From positions 288,001-352,000 of the forward strand of contig CAVTUQ010000025.1 of NCBI GenBank assembly GCA_963737905.1: a stretch of 64,000 nt of DNA, given 5' to 3'. The notes under the pieces are model-generated. The model was not told where the DNA came from and made no database searches. It worked only from the letters and a program-made list of their open reading frames with translations. Of the stretch, positions 1-9,883 are shown in pieces. The position numbers and the translations under genes were made by a program. The stretch is from an uncultured delta proteobacterium. GTDB lineage: Bacteria > Desulfobacterota > Binatia > UBA9968. Each line of letters begins with the position of its first letter. Position 1 is the stretch's first letter.

Positions 1-312
1 TTCTTGCAAACTACCGTAGCGCACGTGGGTCGGCCGCCGGCCGTCCAGATACGGGCCATCGTGACGAAAGCTTGCGACCTCGAAGGGCTGGCCTTCGACC
101 ATGACGACGATAACGCCAAACTGCGCGCCCACAGGCACAGTTTTTGGGAAAATCCTAACGATGTCGTCGGGCTTGGCATTCGTCGTGATATCATAATCCT
201 GCGGCGTTTTTCCGAGCAGTGTATCGCGCACACAGCCACCCGCCAGATAGCTCTCATAACCTTCGTCGCGCAGACGCTTAACAATAAAGATGGCCTTGTC
301 TTTTTGAGACAT
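1..312 (-). CDS. CCA tRNA nucleotidyltransferase / poly(A) polymerase family, N-terminal part (runs off window)
   Basis: Not in ORF track. Manual translation from ATG at 312: MSQKDKAIFIVKRLRDEGYESYLAGGCVRDTLLGKTPQDYDITTNA...FEVASFRHDGPYLDGRRP. GGCVRD and DxD are the class II nucleotidyltransferase motifs. Confidence 0.9.
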   Translation of the reverse strand, partial: MSQKDKAIFIVKRLRDEGYESYLAGGCVRDTLLGKTPQDYDITTNAKPDDIVRIFPKTVPVGAQFGVIVVMVEGQPFEVASFRHDGPYLDGRRPTHVRYGSLQE

Positions 313-382
313 CGACAAACTGCTCGCTGGTTATCCTAGTAGGGAACGGCCGGCAATAAAAGAAGATCAGGGCGACAGACTA

Positions 383-769
383 CTATGATGGCAGTTCGTT
401 GTTACTCGAAGAAATGAACTCCCGTACTTTTCCCTGGAGCTCCTGAAACGTAAAGGGCTTGACGATATATCCGTTACAGCCGGCATCGAGACAACTCTTT
501 AGATCGGAATCGCGGAATAAAGCGGTTGCCGCCAAGATCGGGATATTTTTAGTTTCCGGATTCGCCCGCAGCGTCCGTGCAGCTTCCCAACCATCCATTC
601 CCGGCATCATGATATCCAATAGAATGAGGTTAGGCTGCTGGGCGACGGCTTTCTCCACACCTTCTTTGCCGTGCTTGGCCGGGATCGGCAGAAATCCCAT
701 AAGCTCAATCTGCCAAGTCAGAAGCTCGCGCATATCAGCGTGATCTTCGACAATGAGGATTTTCTTCAT
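383..769 (-). CDS. Single-domain response regulator (DivK/CheY-like)
   Basis: ILIVEDH, LLDIMMPGMDG, ATA and YIVKPF receiver motifs; no output domain; start taken at MKKILIV. Confidence 0.9.
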   Translation of the reverse strand: MKKILIVEDHADMRELLTWQIELMGFLPIPAKHGKEGVEKAVAQQPNLILLDIMMPGMDGWEAARTLRANPETKNIPILAATALFRDSDLKSCLDAGCNGYIVKPFTFQELQGKVREFISSSNNELPS

Positions 770-954
770 CAAATCCGTTGCCTCGACCAAAAACGGAGTC
801 CGTGCATTGCTGAGGGAAATCCAGCTTTCGATACTTAGCGCAAACTATGCCGCACCCTTTATCTAGCTGTCAAGCAGGCCTTGCCGAATCTCGTTTCTAC
901 AACCCTGCGGTGTCATGAAGAGAGTCAAATAACGAGCGAGCGAAGGCTGACCTT

Positions 955-2277
955 TCATGAATCGCCAATTTTTTTCTGATTCGCGACAATCACCGTGATG
1001 AGCGTCTCGGGTTTAAGATAAGTCTGGGCCACGCGCTGAACATCTTCCCGCGTCACCTTTCGGATAAGATCAGGATAGCGATCCGGATAGTCCCGGCCCA
1101 ATTGAAAATATTCGACCTGTGCCAAAAAGTTGGCAACTTTGCGATTCGTGTCGAAACGCAACGGGAAGCTCCCCGTCAGATAATCTTTCGCGTCGGAAAG
1201 TTCTTCTTCGGTGACAGACTCTTCGCGCATGCGGCGCATTTCTGCTTTGGCGATGCGGATGGCTTCCAGCGCGGTTTCATTCCTTGTCTGCATGACCAAT
1301 TCGAAGGTACCGTGGCCCTTTTCAGCGCTAAAGTAACTGTAAACAGAATACGCCAACCCCCGCTCGTTTCGAATCGAGTCCAGAGTGCGCGAGGAAAAAC
1401 CGCCGCCACCTAATATATAATTCATAACTTGAATGGCATAATAGTCTGGGTTCTCCCGCCCAACCCCTTCATGGCCGAGGATGATATTCGCCTGGGTAAG
1501 ATCTTTGTTGACCCGTAGGGTCTCTGCCGCACCGGTTTTCGTAGGAGCAACAGGCGCGGTAGCCGGTTCACCTTTGGGCCAGGAGCGGAAGGCATCATTC
1601 AGTGCCTGGGCAATTTCTTGATGCGAAATATCGCCGACAACCGATAAAATTGTTCGATTGGGGCGGTAATAGCGGTCATAGAATGCTCTCAGGTTTTGCT
1701 GCTGCAGGCCCTTGACCGAAGCTTCGCTTCCTTCCACCGGCCGCCCGTACGGGCTCCGAGGATAGAGCGCCGCCGCGAATTTCCTCTCGGCAATGTCTCC
1801 AGGTCTTTCCTCTCTGGCCTTGATGGATGCAATAACCGATTGCTTCTGGCGATCCATCTCCTCTTGCGGAAAAGTCGAAGTGGTTAGCACCTCCGCCAAC
1901 AGCTCCAGCCCTGTAGCCAAATCTTTCTTGAGCACGGTCATGCTCACAGTGGCGAGATCCTCACTGCAGCCCGCGGACAGGTGGGCGCCAATAAAATCCA
2001 AGGTGTCGCTGATCTGCAATGCGGTCCGCCGCTGGGTCCCGTAGGTCAAAAGTCTGGCGGTCAAATTGGCCAGTCCTTCCTGGTTCGGGCCGTCGTGGCG
2101 GGAGCCGGAGTCGATCAAAAGCTCGATGGAAACCATCGGCAGCGCCTTTTGTTCGGACGTCAGGAGAATCATACCGTTTTCCAGGACCGACCGCTGCGGA
2201 ACCATGTTTGCCGTAGCCGGCACCGCCAGCAAACAAATCGAGAATATATGAAAGAGGCCTAGGGAGAATGCTTTCAT
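955..2277 (-). CDS. M16 (insulinase/pitrilysin) peptidase, non-catalytic-type subunit
   Basis: Signal peptide, GLANLTARLL (degenerate HxxEH), RNERGLAYSV; overlaps the upstream M16 gene. Confidence 0.88.
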   Translation of the reverse strand: MKAFSLGLFHIFSICLLAVPATANMVPQRSVLENGMILLTSEQKALPMVSIELLIDSGSRHDGPNQEGLANLTARLLTYGTQRRTALQISDTLDFIGAHLSAGCSEDLATVSMTVLKKDLATGLELLAEVLTTSTFPQEEMDRQKQSVIASIKAREERPGDIAERKFAAALYPRSPYGRPVEGSEASVKGLQQQNLRAFYDRYYRPNRTILSVVGDISHQEIAQALNDAFRSWPKGEPATAPVAPTKTGAAETLRVNKDLTQANIILGHEGVGRENPDYYAIQVMNYILGGGGFSSRTLDSIRNERGLAYSVYSYFSAEKGHGTFELVMQTRNETALEAIRIAKAEMRRMREESVTEEELSDAKDYLTGSFPLRFDTNRKVANFLAQVEYFQLGRDYPDRYPDLIRKVTREDVQRVAQTYLKPETLITVIVANQKKIGDS

Positions 2278-3599
2278 GAGGCGTTTTCCTTGGTGGGAAT
2301 CAGCACGCCAACGGTCCGGCGATCACGGTCCAGGTACTGTTGAGCGACGCGCTGAACATCCTCGCGAGTCACCTTGCGGATGCCGTCCAGGTAATGATCC
2401 ATTAGCCGCCAATCGCCCGCGGCTTCATAGTAACCAATCTTCATCGCCTGTCCAAAAATCGAATCCTGACCAAAGACAAAAGCGGTTTCTATCTGGTTCT
2501 TCGCTTTCTGCAGTTCGCGGTCACTGATCAATTCCGCCTTCACTTGCTCCAATAGGCGATCGATCTCGCGCTCGATTTCCGCCGGCTCTTTTCCCGGCAT
2601 CAATTGCGCGGTTACGGAAAAGACGGATGGATCGATCGATACGCCGTCGTAGTCTGCGTCCACGCTTCTCGCCAAACGTTTCTGATAAACCAAATCGTGG
2701 TACAGCCTCGAACTCCGCCCCCCCGCGAGAACCACGCTCAGCAGATCCAGCGCGTAGCTGTCCGGACTTTTTAGATTGGGCGTGTGATAATACATCAATA
2801 CATAAGGAAGCTCCGCTTCCTTCTTCAATAGGACTCTGCGTTCGCCTTGCTGGGGCAGTTCTTCGGCTCGGACCTTCGGAGGCTCGGATCCGCGAGGTAT
2901 ATTTCCGAAGACGGCCTTGATCTTTGGCAGCATCTCTTCGGTGGAAAAATCTCCCGCCATCACAATGAAGGCGTTGTTGGGCTCATAGTAGAGCTTGTAA
3001 TGATCCACCAGGTCTTGACGGGTCAGATTTTGAATATCTTCCATCCAACCGATCACCGGCCGGCGGTAGGGATGGACCATGTACGCCACTGCACCGGCGA
3101 CTTCCCCCAACGCTGAGACCGGATTATCCTCCGTTCTCAGCCGACGCTCCTCCTGGATCACTTTTTTCTCAGGTTCAAAATAGGTTTCGCCCAGCAATGC
3201 ATTGGCCATCCGGTCGGCTTCCAATTCGATCTCAATCCCGATCTTGTCTCGGCTCATGGTCGCGAAATAAACCGTAACGTCAGAGCTGGTAAAGGCGTTG
3301 GACCGCCCGCCGTTTTTCGCGATGATCCGCGAATATTCTTCAGGCTTTGTCTTTTTTGTGCCTTTGAACATCATGTGCTCGAGAAAATGGGATAAGCCGC
3401 TTTTGCCGTCCTTTTCGTTGCGCGAACCCACGCGATACCAGACTTGGAAGGTTACAACCGGGCTCTTGTGATCCTCCAGCAGCAGTACTTTAAGACCGTT
3501 GTCCAGAACAAATTCCTGAACTTTCGTCGCGCCAGCAGGCCCGGGGAGCGCGAAAAACGCGCTAACAATAAAAATGAGAGAAAAACCAAACTGAGACAT
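2274..3599 (-). CDS. M16 peptidase, Zn-binding subunit
   Basis: HFLEHMMFKGT (HxxEH), NAFTS, EERR; likely start at MSQFGF followed by a signal peptide. Confidence 0.92.
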   Translation of the reverse strand: MSQFGFSLIFIVSAFFALPGPAGATKVQEFVLDNGLKVLLLEDHKSPVVTFQVWYRVGSRNEKDGKSGLSHFLEHMMFKGTKKTKPEEYSRIIAKNGGRSNAFTSSDVTVYFATMSRDKIGIEIELEADRMANALLGETYFEPEKKVIQEERRLRTEDNPVSALGEVAGAVAYMVHPYRRPVIGWMEDIQNLTRQDLVDHYKLYYEPNNAFIVMAGDFSTEEMLPKIKAVFGNIPRGSEPPKVRAEELPQQGERRVLLKKEAELPYVLMYYHTPNLKSPDSYALDLLSVVLAGGRSSRLYHDLVYQKRLARSVDADYDGVSIDPSVFSVTAQLMPGKEPAEIEREIDRLLEQVKAELISDRELQKAKNQIETAFVFGQDSIFGQAMKIGYYEAAGDWRLMDHYLDGIRKVTREDVQRVAQQYLDRDRRTVGVLIPTKENAS

Positions 3600-3761
3600 C
3601 GTGAAATCAAGGTAAAGGAACGAAGCTCCAAGTGCAAGAGAACATCCGCGACGCGTGCTTCGCATAGGGCTGATAGCTTATGGCCTACGGTTGGGCAATG
3701 CGAACCAGACGCCATAAGCCACAAGCTACACGCCAGCCGATCTGCTAGCGCACGATCCTTG

Positions 3762-3790
3762 TTGACACCTCTACCCCTCCACAATACTAT
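3762..3790 (+). promoter_or_regulatory. Sigma70-type promoter upstream of the UbiD gene
   Basis: TTGACA-17 nt-TACTAT, then GGAGG RBS before ATG 3816. Confidence 0.7.
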
Positions 3791-3815
3791 GACCTTCGAT
3801 AACGGAGGATAAAAA

Positions 3816-5249
3816 ATGTCAGACATCACGGACATGCGCGGGTACATCGAAACCCTGGAAGAGATGAAAGATCTGCGTCGACTTGAGGGCGTCGATCTCG
3901 ACTTGGAAGTTGGAGCGCTGACCGAGCGGGCAGCGGAAAAAGAAGGTTCGGCGCTGCTGTTCAGCAAGTTCAAGGGCTTCCCAGGCGGATTCAGAGTCAT
4001 CACTAACGTCTTTCGTACCTGCAAGCGCACCGGTCCGGCGATGGGAATCTCACCGGACTTAAGCGGCATAGATTATCTTCACGCTTGGAGAAAAAAACTT
4101 GCCGCTTATAAACCGGTGCCGGTTCAGCAAGTCGAAGGCGGCCCGATTTTCGAAAACCAGATGTCTGAGCATGAGGTGGATCTCTATAAGTTTCCCACGC
4201 CAAAGTGGCATGATCGCGACGGCGGGCCCTATCTAGGAACCGGTTGCGGTGTGATCACCAAGGATCCGGACACCGGCAAGATCAACATCGGCACCTACCG
4301 CGTGATGGTTCAGGATAAAAACAAGGTCTCGGTAAAGATGAATATGGGCAAGCATGGCCGGCTCGCTTTCGAACGGGCCAGAGACGCCGGCAAACCGCTA
4401 CCGGTCGCGATCACACTCGGCCAGGGGCCGGCAGTTTTCCTTGCGGCGCAAATGCCATTGCCACCCGATGTGAACGAGTTTGAGTTTGCCGGTTATCTCC
4501 AGGGGTCGCCGGTGCCCGTGGCGCGGGGAGCCGTGACCGGTCTGCCGATTCCAGCGAATGCTGAGATCGTACTCGAAGGCGAGCTTCCACCGATGAAAGA
4601 CGAGGAGATGCCCAAGGAAGGACCCTTTGGCGAGTGGCCGGGTTATTTCACAGAGGAAAACGTCGGCGAGACGCCCGTCATGGTAGTGAAGCGGATCTAT
4701 TATAGAAATGATCCGATTATGCTGGGCGCGCCGCCGCTGAAACCCCCAGCGAGTTATCTCCCGATCCCTCTCGGCGCCGCCACACTCTGGGAACAGTTGG
4801 AGAAAGCGGGAATTCCCGAAGTGAAAGGCGTTTGGGGATTCGTTTACGGTGGCCAGCCCGGCCCCTTCACCGTCATCGCTATCAAGCAGCGCTACGCCGG
4901 ACACTCTAAACAAGCGTTGCTCGTTGCCGCGGGCGCGCGTGCGGGAGCCTACGGGGGAAAGTTTGTAGTGGTGGTGGATGACGACATCGATATCGCCAAC
5001 CCCGCCGACGTCATCTGGGCGATCGCTACGCGCTGTCACGTGCGTGAAGGCTTGGACGTTGTGAAAGGGGTCTGGGCCTCCGTTTGTGAACCTGCTTTAC
5101 CGCCTGAGGAACGCTCGCCCCGCGGCTATACGTCGGACCGCGTCTTGATCGACGCCTGCCGGCCTTTTAAGTGGATGGATCAGTTCCCGGCGGTCAATGC
5201 CTTTACCAAGGAATTCAAAGATCAGATCGAAAACAAGTGGAAAATGTGA
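3816..5249 (+). CDS. UbiD family prFMN-dependent decarboxylase
   Basis: NIGTYR, EGPFGEWPGY and VVVVDDDID...VIWAIATR motifs. Confidence 0.92.
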   Translation: MSDITDMRGYIETLEEMKDLRRLEGVDLDLEVGALTERAAEKEGSALLFSKFKGFPGGFRVITNVFRTCKRTGPAMGISPDLSGIDYLHAWRKKLAAYKPVPVQQVEGGPIFENQMSEHEVDLYKFPTPKWHDRDGGPYLGTGCGVITKDPDTGKINIGTYRVMVQDKNKVSVKMNMGKHGRLAFERARDAGKPLPVAITLGQGPAVFLAAQMPLPPDVNEFEFAGYLQGSPVPVARGAVTGLPIPANAEIVLEGELPPMKDEEMPKEGPFGEWPGYFTEENVGETPVMVVKRIYYRNDPIMLGAPPLKPPASYLPIPLGAATLWEQLEKAGIPEVKGVWGFVYGGQPGPFTVIAIKQRYAGHSKQALLVAAGARAGAYGGKFVVVVDDDIDIANPADVIWAIATRCHVREGLDVVKGVWASVCEPALPPEERSPRGYTSDRVLIDACRPFKWMDQFPAVNAFTKEFKDQIENKWKM

Positions 5250-5326
5250 TCGGATTAATGTTTTCCCAAACTGCGTCAAACTAGGAGCAAGCGGCTAACT
5301 GAACAGCTCTCAAAAAAGAGTCTCAT

Positions 5327-5965
5327 ATGGACACTCTTCAAGCACTGAGTTTGGCCATGGGGACGGCCTGGACCTCCGGTATTAACCTCTACGCCACCGT
5401 GGCAGCGTTGGGCATCGCCGGGCGGACGGAGATGATCCAGCTCCCGCCCGACTTGCAGGTCCTCACCCATGCAGCGGTCATCGCGGTGGCCTGTGTAATG
5501 TACCTGATCGAATTTTTCGCCGATAAGGTTCCCTACGTGGACAACGGCTGGGATGTGCTGCACACATTCATCCGCGTACCCGCGGGCGCAATCCTGGCGG
5601 CGCGCACGTTAGGTGATGTAAATCCGGCTTTGGAATTGGCCGCTGTTTTGGCAGGAGGAACCATTGCCTTCGCGGCCCACGGCACCAAGATGGCCACGCG
5701 GCTCGCCCTCAATGTCAGCCCCGAGCCTTTCAGCAATTGGTTCGCCAGTATCGGCGAAGACTTGGCGGTGTTCGGGAGCATTTGGATGATTTTCCATTAC
5801 CCGATCCTAATGCTCATTCTCATTGTCAGTTTCCTCGCGCTCGTTGTTTGGCTGGTGCCGAAGTTATTGCGCATGGCGAAGCGCGGATTTCGGGCACTGC
5901 GCGATCGACTGCGCGGGGTCAAACCGGATCATCCGGCGCCGACCGGTTCACCGCAGCTCGGTTAG
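5327..5965 (+). CDS. DUF4126 family membrane protein
   Basis: SGINLYA, EFFADKVP.VD..WD..HTFIR and SPEPFSN...S..ED patterns. Confidence 0.85.
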   Translation: MDTLQALSLAMGTAWTSGINLYATVAALGIAGRTEMIQLPPDLQVLTHAAVIAVACVMYLIEFFADKVPYVDNGWDVLHTFIRVPAGAILAARTLGDVNPALELAAVLAGGTIAFAAHGTKMATRLALNVSPEPFSNWFASIGEDLAVFGSIWMIFHYPILMLILIVSFLALVVWLVPKLLRMAKRGFRALRDRLRGVKPDHPAPTGSPQLG

Positions 5966-6024
5966 AGCACCGCGGCGGGACCTGCTGGTCGCCGGCAAGC
6001 GGATTCTGAAGTGTTCGTAAGACT

Positions 6025-6885
6025 ATGGAACACGAGAAACAGCAAGCGCAGGGGAACCGGCCACCCGCCGTCCCGCTGACATTGGACGGATCTTATATCC
6101 TGCACCAGATGTTTCGGATTCGCTGGTCCGCTTGGCGCGCCCTCGGTGCATCGGATCAAAAGCACATCCTCGACAGGGCCACAGCCATGTTCGTAGGCAT
6201 GGAAAAAACCCAGGGGGATCCCAGCGCGCTCTTTTCTCTCTTGGGCCATAAAGGTGATCTGATGGTGGTGCATTTTCGGCGCAGCTTGGATGAACTGAAC
6301 CACGCCCAACTGCGCCTGGGTCACTCCAGATTGCACGAATTTCTCGAACCGACGAATTCCTACGTCTCTGTGGTTGAATTGGGGCTCTACGAAGCCTCGG
6401 TAAAACTTTACACGGAGCTGATGGCGAAGGGACTTGAACCAGGAAGCGCCGAATGGAACCGAGAGATCGAGGCAGAATTAGCCAAGCACCGTCAGGCGAT
6501 GGCGCCGCGTCTTTGGCCTGAGATTCCGCAACGGCGCTACCTTTGCTTTTACCCGATGAACAAGCTTCGCGGCGAGAGTAAGAACTGGTACAGCCAGCCG
6601 ATCACAGAACGCCAAAGGATGATGCGCGAGCATGGCATGATCGGTCGCCACTATGCCGGCCGGGTCATTCAAATTATATCGGGCTCCATCGGCTTCGACG
6701 ATTGGGAATGGGGCGTGGATCTTTTCGCCGACGACCCGTTGGTCTTCAAAAAACTCGTCTACGAAATGCGCTTCGACGAAGCCAGCGCGGTTTATGGTCT
6801 TTTCGGGACCTTTTTCGTCGGGCTTCGCTTTCCGGCGAATAATCTGGGTAGCCTGCTCGAGGGCAAAACACCGAGCTTTGCTTAA
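6025..6885 (+). CDS. Chlorite dismutase superfamily heme protein, coproheme decarboxylase (ChdC/HemQ)-like
   Basis: GHKGDLM, CFYPMNK.R....WY, MM.EHGMIGR, GSIGFDDWEWGV, YEMRFDE.SA motifs. Confidence 0.85.
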   Translation: MEHEKQQAQGNRPPAVPLTLDGSYILHQMFRIRWSAWRALGASDQKHILDRATAMFVGMEKTQGDPSALFSLLGHKGDLMVVHFRRSLDELNHAQLRLGHSRLHEFLEPTNSYVSVVELGLYEASVKLYTELMAKGLEPGSAEWNREIEAELAKHRQAMAPRLWPEIPQRRYLCFYPMNKLRGESKNWYSQPITERQRMMREHGMIGRHYAGRVIQIISGSIGFDDWEWGVDLFADDPLVFKKLVYEMRFDEASAVYGLFGTFFVGLRFPANNLGSLLEGKTPSFA

Positions 6886-6925
6886 GCTGATTTGCGACGC
6901 AACTGTCCGCTGGCGAGGAGAAAAT

Positions 6926-7687
6926 ATGAGACTACAGAACAAAGTGACGATCATCACCGGCGCGGCCCACGGCATCGGCAAAGCCTACGTGCGACGGTTT
7001 GCCGAAGAAGGCGCCCACGTCGTCATCGCCGATATCGATGAAAAGGGCGGGCAGGCGGTCGCCAATGCGCTGATCGATTCCGGGTTTTCAGCCTGGTCAC
7101 GTCACACCGACGTCCGCAGCTATCCCAATGTCGAAGGATTGATGCGCGAGACCGTCGACAAATATGGGCGCATCGACGTCCTGCTCAACAACGCGGCGAT
7201 CTACGTCACCCAGAAGCTTTGGAAAGGACCGGTGGAAGAATTGGCCTTGGAGGAGTGGGACCGCGTATTGGAAGTGAACCTCAAAGGCGTCTTCCTTTGT
7301 AGCAAAGCCGTGATCCCCATTATGAAGAAACAAAGAGGCGGCAAGATCATCAACATCGCTTCGGGCACGTTCTTCAGCGGCTCCGGAAACATGCCCCACT
7401 ACACGACGGCGAAGGGTGGCGTCGTGGCGCTCACCCGGGTCATGGCGCGACAGCTTGGTGAATGGGGAATTAACGTCAACTGCATGACGCCAGGCTCGAC
7501 GATGAGCGAGGAGTCAGTGACGGATGAAGTGCGCAAGCGGCGTGAAGAAGGCGTGGACAAGCGCGTTTTCAAGCGCATCGAAACTCCCGCGGATATCGTC
7601 GGCACGGCGCTTTTTCTCGCGAGCGCTGATAGCGATTTCGTAACTGGCCAATTGCTCGTCGTAGAGGGGGGCGCCATCATGCACTAG
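6926..7687 (+). CDS. SDR family oxidoreductase
   Basis: TGAAHGIG, NNAA and YTTAK (YxxxK); start at MRLQNK after GAGGAG. Confidence 0.92.
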   Translation: MRLQNKVTIITGAAHGIGKAYVRRFAEEGAHVVIADIDEKGGQAVANALIDSGFSAWSRHTDVRSYPNVEGLMRETVDKYGRIDVLLNNAAIYVTQKLWKGPVEELALEEWDRVLEVNLKGVFLCSKAVIPIMKKQRGGKIINIASGTFFSGSGNMPHYTTAKGGVVALTRVMARQLGEWGINVNCMTPGSTMSEESVTDEVRKRREEGVDKRVFKRIETPADIVGTALFLASADSDFVTGQLLVVEGGAIMH

Positions 7688-7791
7688 CCCCTTTCGATAC
7701 TTCGATATGGCTAAGTACTGGTTTTAGATTTCAGATTGTCAGAAGAGGACTTCGGCCATTCCACTACTCCGGTCTCGACTTCAGCTGCACG

Positions 7792-8262
7792 CTAAGACGA
7801 AGAATGGCCTGCGACACCGTAGACATGACCGCATTGATCGCAGAAGATTACTTGGAACGGACTGGTGATAAACTGCTTTCCCCGTGCCATGCCACTGCCG
7901 GATTTACGCGAGATCACGTGATTCATGCCTACCGCCGAACAGGTGGGGCACTGAGGTTCCGGTTCCAGTCTTTGCTTGAATTCATAGGAAAACTGCGACC
8001 CGTTGCCGGAGTTTTTCTTTCCATCGGCGCCCTTATCATTCCGGAACCCTTTGTTTTTATCGTAGTGAGCACGGCTTTCTTCGTTTGAAAGAACATCGTA
8101 AGCCGCCATGATTTCTTTCAGTTTCTCAGCGGCTTCGCGATTATCGGGATTTCGATCGGGATGATATTGGAACACCAATTTCCGATAGGCGCGTTTGATT
8201 TCGTCAGGAGTCGCTTTTGACTCTATGCCTAGGAGAGAATAATAATCGATCGAATCGTCCAA
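7792..8262 (-). CDS. J-domain protein with C-terminal Cys4 zinc ribbon
   Basis: DYY..LG, AYRKL, HPD motif; C-terminal CPTC...CDQC. Confidence 0.85.
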   Translation of the reverse strand: MDDSIDYYSLLGIESKATPDEIKRAYRKLVFQYHPDRNPDNREAAEKLKEIMAAYDVLSNEESRAHYDKNKGFRNDKGADGKKNSGNGSQFSYEFKQRLEPEPQCPTCSAVGMNHVISRKSGSGMARGKQFITSPFQVIFCDQCGHVYGVAGHSSS

Positions 8263-8286
8263 CGGCTCACTTCCTTACAATTTTTT

Positions 8287-8763
8287 TTAGGGGCGCCAAA
8301 TGTTCCTTGCTAATTTTCCCCTGCGCTTGTACATGTTGACACAGAGGTCGTAGATTGCCGATCCCGAGCGATCGTCTACCACGCGTTCGCCCTCTCGCGT
8401 CTCGTATTCGACTCGAAACACAACATCGGCCGCCGGGCAATCATTATTGGAAAGTCTGAGCCAACGGCCCTTTTTCTGGTCGACGTATCCGCCGATCGCC
8501 CTCAAGGTCTGAGAAAGCGTAAAAAAGTCCCCCTGATTTGAAGGTTGTCCTCTCTTTTCCGTGCCCTGGGGTTTTAATTCTTCAATATCAATCGGAGTGT
8601 AGTAGAGCGTTACCGGGGTTTCGGCGGGCGGGACTTGATACCCACAGTGGACCAAAATCCTTTCCCTTTCATTCCGTATATCAAAGGCTTTTATGCCTCG
8701 GCTTTCCAGATCTTGTCCAATGACACGAAGGATTTCGGAGTAACTTACAACGGGCACTTCCAT
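8287..8763 (-). CDS. Hypothetical protein with internal two-fold repeat
   Basis: GGAGG RBS; YSEILRVIGQDLE and LSQTLRAIGGYVD repeats. Confidence 0.6.
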   Translation of the reverse strand: MEVPVVSYSEILRVIGQDLESRGIKAFDIRNERERILVHCGYQVPPAETPVTLYYTPIDIEELKPQGTEKRGQPSNQGDFFTLSQTLRAIGGYVDQKKGRWLRLSNNDCPAADVVFRVEYETREGERVVDDRSGSAIYDLCVNMYKRRGKLARNIWRP

Positions 8764-8928
8764 GGCCTCCCTGATATGTTTAAACCGCGCCCCGAGGCCA
8801 CGGATAATTCTACTAATTATAGGGTGGGTAGGCTAGGCTGTCAAAAATAAGCCGGCGAACCCCGTGTCGGCTTCGGAGTCCCGACGGGGAGGCGAGTTAG
8901 ATACACTGGTGATTTGACGCGGGTTGGT

Positions 8929-9576
8929 TCAGGATGGCAGCATGGCAGGCAGCGCGTCCATGACGCCGATCATGCTGTCACGGGTCACGAGCTTGGCGAG
9001 TTCTGCCTCGCTCAATGCTTCCGTACCCTTGGGCCTCAAGGGGAGAACGAGATAACGGATATCGGCCGTGCTGTCGTGCACCCGTACTTCCACGTCGTCA
9101 GGCAAAACTAGGCCGAATTCCCGCATCACGGCGCGAGGATCACTCACCGCCCGTTGGCGATAGTTAAAGCTCTTGTACCAATCGGGTGGCCGCCCCAAGA
9201 TCGGCCGCGGATAACACGAGCACAAAGTGCAGACGACCATGTGGCGCACCTTTTCAGTATTCTCCAAAACCACGAAGTCGTTAATGCTGGCCGCATCAAT
9301 TCCCATCTCCGCACAGGCAATCTTGGGATCGCCAACAAGGCGAGCTTTGAAGGCCGGATCAACCCAGGCACGAGCGACGAGCTTGGCGCCATTGGCCGGT
9401 GAGCGAGCTTCCTGGTATTCGACTTGGCACTGAATATCCTTGTCGGTGATTACGCCCTTTTCAAGCAAAAGGTCACGGATCGCGTAAATCCGTTTTGCAT
9501 AGTAGCTCAGCTCATGCTTCGGGTGCTCGTGACCATGATCTTGAGGCGTCTGGCCGTTGTCGTGATCTTCGCTCAT
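8929..9576 (-). CDS. Co-type nitrile hydratase alpha / thiocyanate hydrolase gamma-like catalytic subunit
   Basis: VVCTLCSCYPRPILG metal-binding motif (CTLCSC = Co type); GAKLVARAWVDP; start MSEDH after GAGGAGG. Confidence 0.93.
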   Translation of the reverse strand: MSEDHDNGQTPQDHGHEHPKHELSYYAKRIYAIRDLLLEKGVITDKDIQCQVEYQEARSPANGAKLVARAWVDPAFKARLVGDPKIACAEMGIDAASINDFVVLENTEKVRHMVVCTLCSCYPRPILGRPPDWYKSFNYRQRAVSDPRAVMREFGLVLPDDVEVRVHDSTADIRYLVLPLRPKGTEALSEAELAKLVTRDSMIGVMDALPAMLPS

Positions 9577-9589
9577 GGAATTAGCCTCC

Positions 9590-9883
9590 TCATGCGGCGG
9601 GATCCAACCAGTGTTCGTAGATATCGACCAGAACTTTGTCCTTCGAGCCCACGGCCTTTCCCGAAACATCGGCTTGATTGAAGGCAACCAAATAGAGAGT
9701 CCGCTTGGGCAATCCGTCGCGACCGAAAGCGAGCGACTCGGGATTGAGGAAATCGCCATAAACTCGTTCAATCCAGCCGGTCTTGCCGCGAATGTACCAC
9801 GGTGTGCGAATGTGACCTGGGCGATCTTCGAATTTTACTGTAACTCGGTCTCCTGGCTTAAAGTTACCCACCGGCAAATTCAC
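9590..9883 (-). CDS. Nitrile hydratase beta C-terminal (SH3-like) domain / thiocyanate hydrolase alpha-like subunit
   Basis: FKPGDRV, GHIRTPWYIRGKTG, LYLVAF, VDIYEHWL; GTGA overlap with the upstream gene. Confidence 0.88.
   Translation of the reverse strand: MNLPVGNFKPGDRVTVKFEDRPGHIRTPWYIRGKTGWIERVYGDFLNPESLAFGRDGLPKRTLYLVAFNQADVSGKAVGSKDKVLVDIYEHWLDPAA

Noticed and set aside
4-339. 111-aa plus-strand ORF
   Set aside because: The minus strand encodes a clear CCA/poly(A) polymerase N-terminus.
837-852. Sigma54 promoter for the response regulator (minus strand CGGCATAGTTTGCGCT)
   Set aside because: Only the GG-N10-GC spacing fits; the match to TGGCAC-N5-TTGC is weak.
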